A stretch of DNA of 43,288 bases from the NCBI GenBank assembly GCA_020536535.1, contig JAHLWZ010000932.1, positions 1 to 43,288 on the forward strand. The letters are read 5' to 3'. The notes beneath the pieces are model-generated. The model searched no databases, was not told where the DNA came from, and saw only the letters and a program-made list of their open reading frames with translations. Source of the DNA: Pelomyxa schiedti (taxonomy: Eukaryota; Protista; Evosea). Numbering within the stretch: the stretch's first letter is position 1; each line of letters begins with the position of its first letter. The position numbers were made by a program, and so were the translations under genes. Positions 37,202-43,288 of this stretch are shown piece after piece.

Positions 37202-39234
37202 TCAAGAATCATGGGGGTGCTCTCCGTGGTAAGACTCGAACAGCTTCACCACCGCCACATTCACTTGCCGTGCTGACTTTTGTGAATAGAAAAGTAGCTT
37301 CTCGGCGGCCTTGGCGGATTCATCAGGTGGTGGTAATTCTGGTGAGTGTTTTGCATGTTCTTCTTGGTCGGGTGTCTCTTCAGTGATGTGAATTGGCTCC
37401 GCTTGCGGTTGTTGTTGAACTTGTTGTGTGGGTGTTGTTGTTGTGGGCGATGTTATTGTGGCCGAGCGGTTCAGCCGGAACTCTCTGAGCCACAGGGTGA
37501 AGTACATACACACTGAGAAGGTGACATTCACGGCACTGAAGAGAAATCCATACTTGTAGCACTAGAGAAGGTAAGAAAAGTTTAAGTAGAGGAATCAGGA
37601 GGTTTTACTCACGTTATTCCCGATACAATCGAGTGTTGTGGGGTCTGCATACTTGTCGTACATGAGACCGTATTCCATGCTTACGATAAAGGCCCAAGTG
37701 CACGAAGCCAGCCCTTGAACACCAGTTATGAGGCCAAAGTTCGCTAACCCAAATGCTTCAGAGAGGAAGGTCCCAGACATAATGCTATTTCCACCATAAC
37801 AGAAATTTATCAGTAGACAGGCGGGCCAGACCACTGCAGCCTGATTATCCAGGCTAAAAAGAAGCCACAATAGAATCCAGCAAGTGACACTTATGATGAA
37901 AGAAAAGGCCATCCGGTTGAAAATCCTCTTTGTTTGTGGTCTTGATCTCAGAAAATCAGATAGAAACCCTACACTCAGTCTTCCAAGAAAACTCATAATG
38001 AGAGACAGAATAACGATCGCTTGTCCTTCAGCTTGTATCCATGAGTGAGTTGCGATTGCTTTAGAAACACTTACATTGAGACATCCCATTCGAGTGTGCA
38101 ATGAGAGCGGCATTTCCTACTATAGCTTGTGTGGATCCGGAGAAGAGAGTAGTTGCTATCCAAGGGAGAAATATCCATCCAGCCTTTAGGGTATCCTTAA
38201 TTGATTCTTTCGCTTGTGCTCTCTGAAATCTAATTAAAAAAGAGGTAATTATGTAGTAGTACTCACTTGTATCCTTCTCACTCGTCGAAGAAAGACAGCA
38301 CCCAGGACAGCACCAAGCACCATTAATATTCCTCTTTTTGAAGTTAGACGATCACTTTGCATGTATGCTTACGCCATGAGAAGGAACCCTGCGACCTTGC
38401 TCTCTGTGTAACTTTCTGCGCTGCTGGAACTTTGTGAAGAGAGCAGCAAGTCAGAAGTACTAGTAATAGAAGGCTCACTGCCAATGAAAAAGATGGCGTA
38501 GAGTATGCTAAAGAAGGCTCCACTAAGATTGAACAAAGCGGTGAGTAATCCGAGCAACCCTCCACGCCACTTTGGAGGTGCAATTTGTACTGTTGTTTGA
38601 ATAGAAGCTTGAGATAAAGCTGTGCCGAATCAGTACCGGAAGATGATGGGAAAAGATAACTGACCTATTGTGCACTGCCCTTTGAATAAAGACAAAAAAG
38701 CAAAGAGCCCAGGACTTGATAGGCCGCCCTCAACTTGAGCAAACTGAGAAAAATACGCGATTGCAGATGTTATCCCAGAGTACACACACACTATCACTGG
38801 ACCAAGTTTATCATACATAATTCCTGTTTGTTTTTAGTGGGATACAGGGGCATATTATACAATGCAATACCAGGGATGATTCCGAGACCTATTCCCATAA
38901 TTCCCATAGCGAGGACGGCGTTTGTGGCAGCGTTTGTCCACCCCAAGTCGTACTTGAGGGAGGGCAAGTAGGCCGGGGTGGCAAAGTACACGCCAGCCAA
39001 GAAGCTATTGAAGAAACACACCACCATCATGCACACCACCCTGCTCCGCGTAATGCCCACCCCAAGACCCGTCACTCCCCCTGCCCCACTACCACCGCTA
39101 CTGGGCGCCGTGCTGGTGGTGCTGGTTGTAGTTGTGCCACTGGACGACGTGCTGTCTGCGGACCCTCCTCCGTGTAGCAGCAGTGAGCTGGTTTCATCCG
39201 CCTTGGTGGGCGCGGTGCTTGTGCTTCCTGACAT
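37202..39234 (-). CDS. MFS transporter (nodulin-like/OFA-type)
   Basis: Multiple TM helices, with GIIPG..YDKLGP, FLGRLSVGFLSD, FCYGG...SEAFGLANFGLITG and GLMYD. A dileucine-like DETSSLL occurs near the N-terminus. Confidence 0.85.
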
Positions 39235-39323
39235 TCGGCTGGCAGATCGGGAAAATATTATTATTATGATATGGAAGATAGATCTATTTCTGCGTAGGAA
39301 ACGAAGCAGAAATCGTCGGGCTC

Positions 39324-40655
39324 ATGAGTCGGAATGCTCTTGAAGTGAGGGGGGAGGTTGTGGCTGTTGAGGGATGGGGAACTGATGGCGGAGGTGAATT
39401 GTATTGTCAGTGGTGTACCGGCGATGCTGCCTGTGACGTCGTTTACTTCCCTGTACGTGTGCTGTGTGTGTGTTGGTCTCTCGTGCCATAAGTTACGATA
39501 GTGTGATGTAGGGGGATATACAAACAATGCGCGATGAAATGAACGAGTGGTAGCTATACTTTCACTCTGACGGTTCTCACAAGAAAATATAAGGCCAGAG
39601 TGGCAAACGTACAATGAATTTTGCTTTGAGATTGTAGCGGCGTTGTTATCTCGGCGGTTCTGCCCCTGCAATGTATTTATTGTCAGGTTCGTCCTTATTT
39701 CCACTTGAACCCAATTGACCTTTGTCACAGGCCAAAACGCTATGATGATGGGTTTTCCTTCTTTGATGAATTAATATCACCTGGAATCGCTCTTCTGAAC
39801 CTTCAGTCAATGATCCGTAATGCTAAGATCAATTTCTCCAGCACGTCACGTATGAGTATCTCTGAAACTTCATGTTATTGATAGAAAGATCAGGGAAGTC
39901 ACCGCAGTTTGAGATGGAAACGAAACTTGTAGCTTTCAGCAGAGGTACAACATGTAGCCCTAATTAGACACTGTTTTCTGACCATTCATAGGCGGTTTAT
40001 TCATGAACCTTCTCCTTTCCGAGTTGTCAACAGCAGTTACAAATCGTAGTGTATATCAATTTATTTCATACTAACGAATACCTTACCCAAGATACTGGTG
40101 GTTACATCTTGGACTGGGAAGTAGAGGACAAGAGGGGCCTTTGGGAGGTACCCCTATGTGGTAATCTTCCTCCTTCACATTTTTCCTCTCATTTCCTTTC
40201 AGAGGATCCGTTACGAATTCAAAGTGCTCACATACCTAATACTGAACTGTTGCGGCACAGTACACAAGTACTCAGTTTCTTTTCTCGGGTATCGGAGATC
40301 CACTGGGTTGATTGTCATCGGTATCCAACGAATCCAAGTGTTGTAGACATCTTTGTTGGTTTCCTACAGCGCCCCAGACAGCACACTGTATCTCTGTTTG
40401 TCCATACTTCGCCATACATGACGAAGGTATTCACCGAGAGTAATTACATTGTCACTTCCTTCCACTGACTCTACTCAGAGCGAAACAGACCCGTACATCC
40501 CAGTTGAGCATGAAACTTTCCGAGCTCTGTTGCAACACCACTTCCCACACTCAAATGCTACTCTTACCATCAGACAATACCTTCAAGAAGAAGACTGCAC
40601 ACTAAACACACATTTCCAAACTCTCCAGCTTTTTTTAATGTCTAACACTGAATAA
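39324..40655 (+). CDS. C2orf69/UPF0565-family protein (alpha/beta-hydrolase-like)
   Basis: Spliced motifs GDIQ...EIVAALLSRRF...VFIVRPKRY..GFSFFDEL, LVAFSRG, FFSRVSEIHWVD, VHTSPY, IPVEHETF and TLNTHFQTL are colinear with recalled C2orf69 motifs (GDVQ, LAHRF, FSCYDNF, LIGFSKG, YWLD, HVTPY, IGKEHKKF, SIENHF). Confidence 0.7.
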
Positions 40656-40720
40656 GAAGATATTTACCAATGTACAGTGTGATTTTTTTCCGACCATCTT
40701 TACATTTACAGGATCAGTTG

Positions 40721-41512
40721 CTAAATCATATTGCAGCCTCCTTTCCTCCCCTTTCTAACAGTTTTTGGCCTTGTTTTTCGGATTTCACGTACAAGCTCAT
40801 AGAAGCAATTCTCTACGTTTGTGCGTGTCCTGGCAGATGTTTCCCTATGGAGAATTAAAAGAAGAGTGGCGTGTGTATAGTTACATGAAAGGGCATCCCC
40901 AAGACTTGGCAAGTTCCGAGCCTTCATCATTAGTCACTTTCCTCTCCAGCTCTAAATCGCACTTGTTACCACATAGGACCATTGGCACCTTATCTTTGTC
41001 CTGTGACCGAAGGATTTGGTCCCTAGAAAGATCCGTGGGTAGGTATTTAGGATACAGGAATATATACTTGAAAGTGTTGATTTCGTCAAAGGAAAGCCTA
41101 GAAGTAATGGAATAGATACAGAGGAATCCTTCTCCAGTGCGCATATACTGGTCCCTCATCGCACTGTATTCCTCTTGACCAGCTTAAAGAGAGTGAGTTG
41201 AGATGAGAGTTGCATAAACAGTAGATGATAAGTTATGAAGGCGAAGATACCAGTGTCCAGAATATCTAGGATGCAAGTGGGTTCCGAGTCAATTGCAGCC
41301 GGTTTTCTGTATGAGTCTTCAATGGTAGGGTCATACTCTATTCACAGTAAGTTGTGGAGAGAAAAAAAAGGTGATCAGTGTATGACTAGCAAGTACTGTC
41401 TACCTTCGATGAAGTTATTCTGCATAAACTGAATGGTGAGTGCGGACTTGCCAACGCCACCACCCCCAACTACAACCAGCTTGTACTCCAACTGCGACGA
41501 TGTTTTGCTCAT
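40721..41512 (-). CDS. ras: Ras small GTPase
   Basis: [67 protein letters not shown], and CAAX CNMI. Confidence 0.97.
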
Positions 41513-41850
41513 CCTATGCACCTCCAAACCAACGTTGTTGTCTTGTATTGTGTTTTGATTTTGACACGAACGTTTCGTCCCTCATAATCAGGTTGGAACG
41601 AATTCAAAATCAGGCTTTTCAAAGTATGAAATAGTGCGGAAACGGACTGAGTGAATTTCAAAGTACCCAGCACGATGCCGGCAATCATGTTTTGGGAATC
41701 TGAAGTCTCACATCAACAGGTTTGACACAAACTGGCAACCAACACCGGGTTAAAAAACCGTCAAGTTGCACAAGGTGTGCTTGCGAAGGAAAACATTTAA
41801 ATGACTTGCTTTTTAAACACTTTGAAAAAAAGGACATGTCAAAGGGAGAC

Positions 41851-42559
41851 TTATGGGACGTGGCTGTTGAGCCAAATGAGGCCATCAGAGAGACCCTCAC
41901 CAGTTAGGGCACAGCATGCTTGCACCTGCCAATTGCGTTCCCTTAGCTTCTCCAGTCCAAGTCGCTCCTTCACCTCGTCCGCATCCATGGCCTTGGGCAG
42001 GTCACTCTTGTTGGCAAATACTACAGGGAGGGTTAGTGAGAGGCTGAGAGAGGGAAGGATGCAAACCGAGAAGGATAGCTTGCGCCATTTCGCGATCAGA
42101 AATGATGCGCATAAGTTCTACCCTGGCCTCCTCAATTCTGTCGCGGTCAGAGGAGTCGATAACAAATATTAAAGCTTGCGTTCCGGCGAACTGGATTTTG
42201 TTAAATTTTGTGATATATGGGAAAAGGTTGCATACATAATGCCTCCACAAGGGCCTGATCTTATCTTGGCCACCGACATCCCAAACTACAGTGGAAGTTA
42301 GGCCACTGGAGGAAAATACTCTCGCACACCGTTGAAACGAACTTTCTTGTATGTTACAGTCTCTACGTTGAATCCAACTGTCGGAATTGTACTTACACTT
42401 GACCCAAGCTTTAGTTTGTACAAGATAGCTATCGGTGTGGTTATTAAGACGTACGCGCGGGCGGAAAAAAAAGGACAGACTTGTTTTTCCAGCAGCATCG
42501 AGTCCAAGCATTAGGACCCTCATTTCCTTGTTTCCGATAATCTTGGCTAATATACCCAT
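41851..42559 (-). CDS. arf6: ADP-ribosylation factor, Arf6-like
   Basis: [83 protein letters not shown], and [16 protein letters not shown]. Confidence 0.9.
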
Positions 42560-42945
42560 CTTGCTAACAACGACAACTACCGCAATGCCTCTTTGTTTGC
42601 TTTTTATTTATTTTTTGATTTGTATTTTATGTTGTTTAACATTCTTTGAACCGGGGTTATTTCTTGTGATTTTGTGCAAGAATAGATCTGAAAACATTTC
42701 TGGATGTGGTGCCCACGTTGCAGTTTCGGTTGGTGATACACATGTACCGTATTTCTGATTCGTTTTTGGGCACCGTGTACCTCAAGGGGATACCGAGATC
42801 AGTAGTAGGCAAGTTTCCCGTTCTTGCAGCCTCCGAGTACGGCTATTTGGTTGCCTCTCTATGAGTAGAAGGAAAGGGACCCGCCTACTACGGCAATGTA
42901 AGGTAGGTGAAAAAAAGGTTCAATCGAATTCCACGACGAAACCAA

Positions 42946-43288
42946 ATGTCAGTGGTACCAGCGACAGCGGTCACGCCATCAGTGACTGGCACTGGATCGT
43001 TAGGCAATGCTGTTGACTGCAACACCCCACCCTCTATGTCAACCCCATTGGCCCCGCCAACAACATCCACAGCCACGACCACCGGCCCCGCCACATCTTC
43101 CCCCCAACAACAAACACAACAACAGTCGTCGTCCTCTGTTGGGCGTGTTCGGGGGGCTACGATGATTCTGCACACACAGCAGCAGCTGCAGTACCACCAA
43201 CAGATGCAACAGCCCCACAGCAAGCAACACCAGCTGCAGCTCCAGGCCGCAGCCGCCGAGTTCGCGTCGTGGTCCGCCGCCATCAGGG
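42946..43288 (+). CDS. 5' part of a gene with a T/S/Q-rich low-complexity N-terminus; truncated by the window end
   Basis: ATG at 42946 in an A-rich context, open to the window end (MSVVPATAVTPS...QQQTQQQ...QAAAAEFASWSAAIR). The composition resembles the N-termini of other genes in this window. Confidence 0.6.
   Translation, partial: MSVVPATAVTPSVTGTGSLGNAVDCNTPPSMSTPLAPPTTSTATTTGPATSSPQQQTQQQSSSSVGRVRGATMILHTQQQLQYHQQMQQPHSKQHQLQLQAAAAEFASWSAAIR

Noticed and set aside
42852-42876. Loose resemblance to the 5' end of U12 snRNA (TGCCT...ATGAGTA..AGGAAA)
   Set aside because: The match is short and gapped, lacks the conserved CCTTAAA element, and no U12-type introns were seen in the window.
1-43288. 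Prokaryotic defence or operon interpretation (CRISPR, TPR-CHAT Craspase-like locus, mobile elements)
   Set aside because: The genes are spliceosomal-intron-rich eukaryotic genes. No repeat-spacer array, transposase, integrase, tRNA or rRNA was recognised.
1-43288. Alternative genetic code or pseudogenisation to explain the many short ORFs
   Set aside because: In the conserved genes checked, in-frame stops fall inside short GT-AG introns, and TAA, TAG and TGA all serve as true terminators.

Overview
This is gene-dense, intron-rich eukaryotic (protist) DNA, not prokaryotic, so the ORF track mostly shows exon fragments and antisense shadows. Manual splicing across very short (about 35-60 nt) GT-AG introns gives about 20 genes: a Cdc7/Cdc15-like STE kinase with a C-terminal beta-propeller; a very large TPR-like protein ending in a degenerate CHAT-like segment; a small Pro/Met/Gly-rich protein; two RRM proteins; an F-box protein; a myristoylated EF-hand protein; a DUF5765-like membrane protein; an archaeal-type GTP-PEPCK; a bacterial-like Zn-ADH; a C2H2-like factor; a TMX-like thioredoxin; an LRR transmembrane kinase; a DEK-HMG box fusion; Rac; an MFS transporter; a C2orf69 homologue; Ras; Arf6; and a 3'-truncated gene. 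The Entamoeba-TMK-like kinase juxtamembrane region and the metabolic genes suggest an anaerobic amoebozoan (Archamoebae, Pelomyxa-like); this is inference. The highlights are (1) a PEPCK carrying a strong PTS2 peroxisomal signal, (2) a receptor kinase built from 11 symmetric one-LRR-per-exon modules, (3) the giant TPR/CHAT-like protein beside a kinase, (4) the DEK-HMG fusion and (5) C2orf69 in a probable anaerobe. All exon structures were deduced by eye, and family assignments come from motif recognition rather than database searches.
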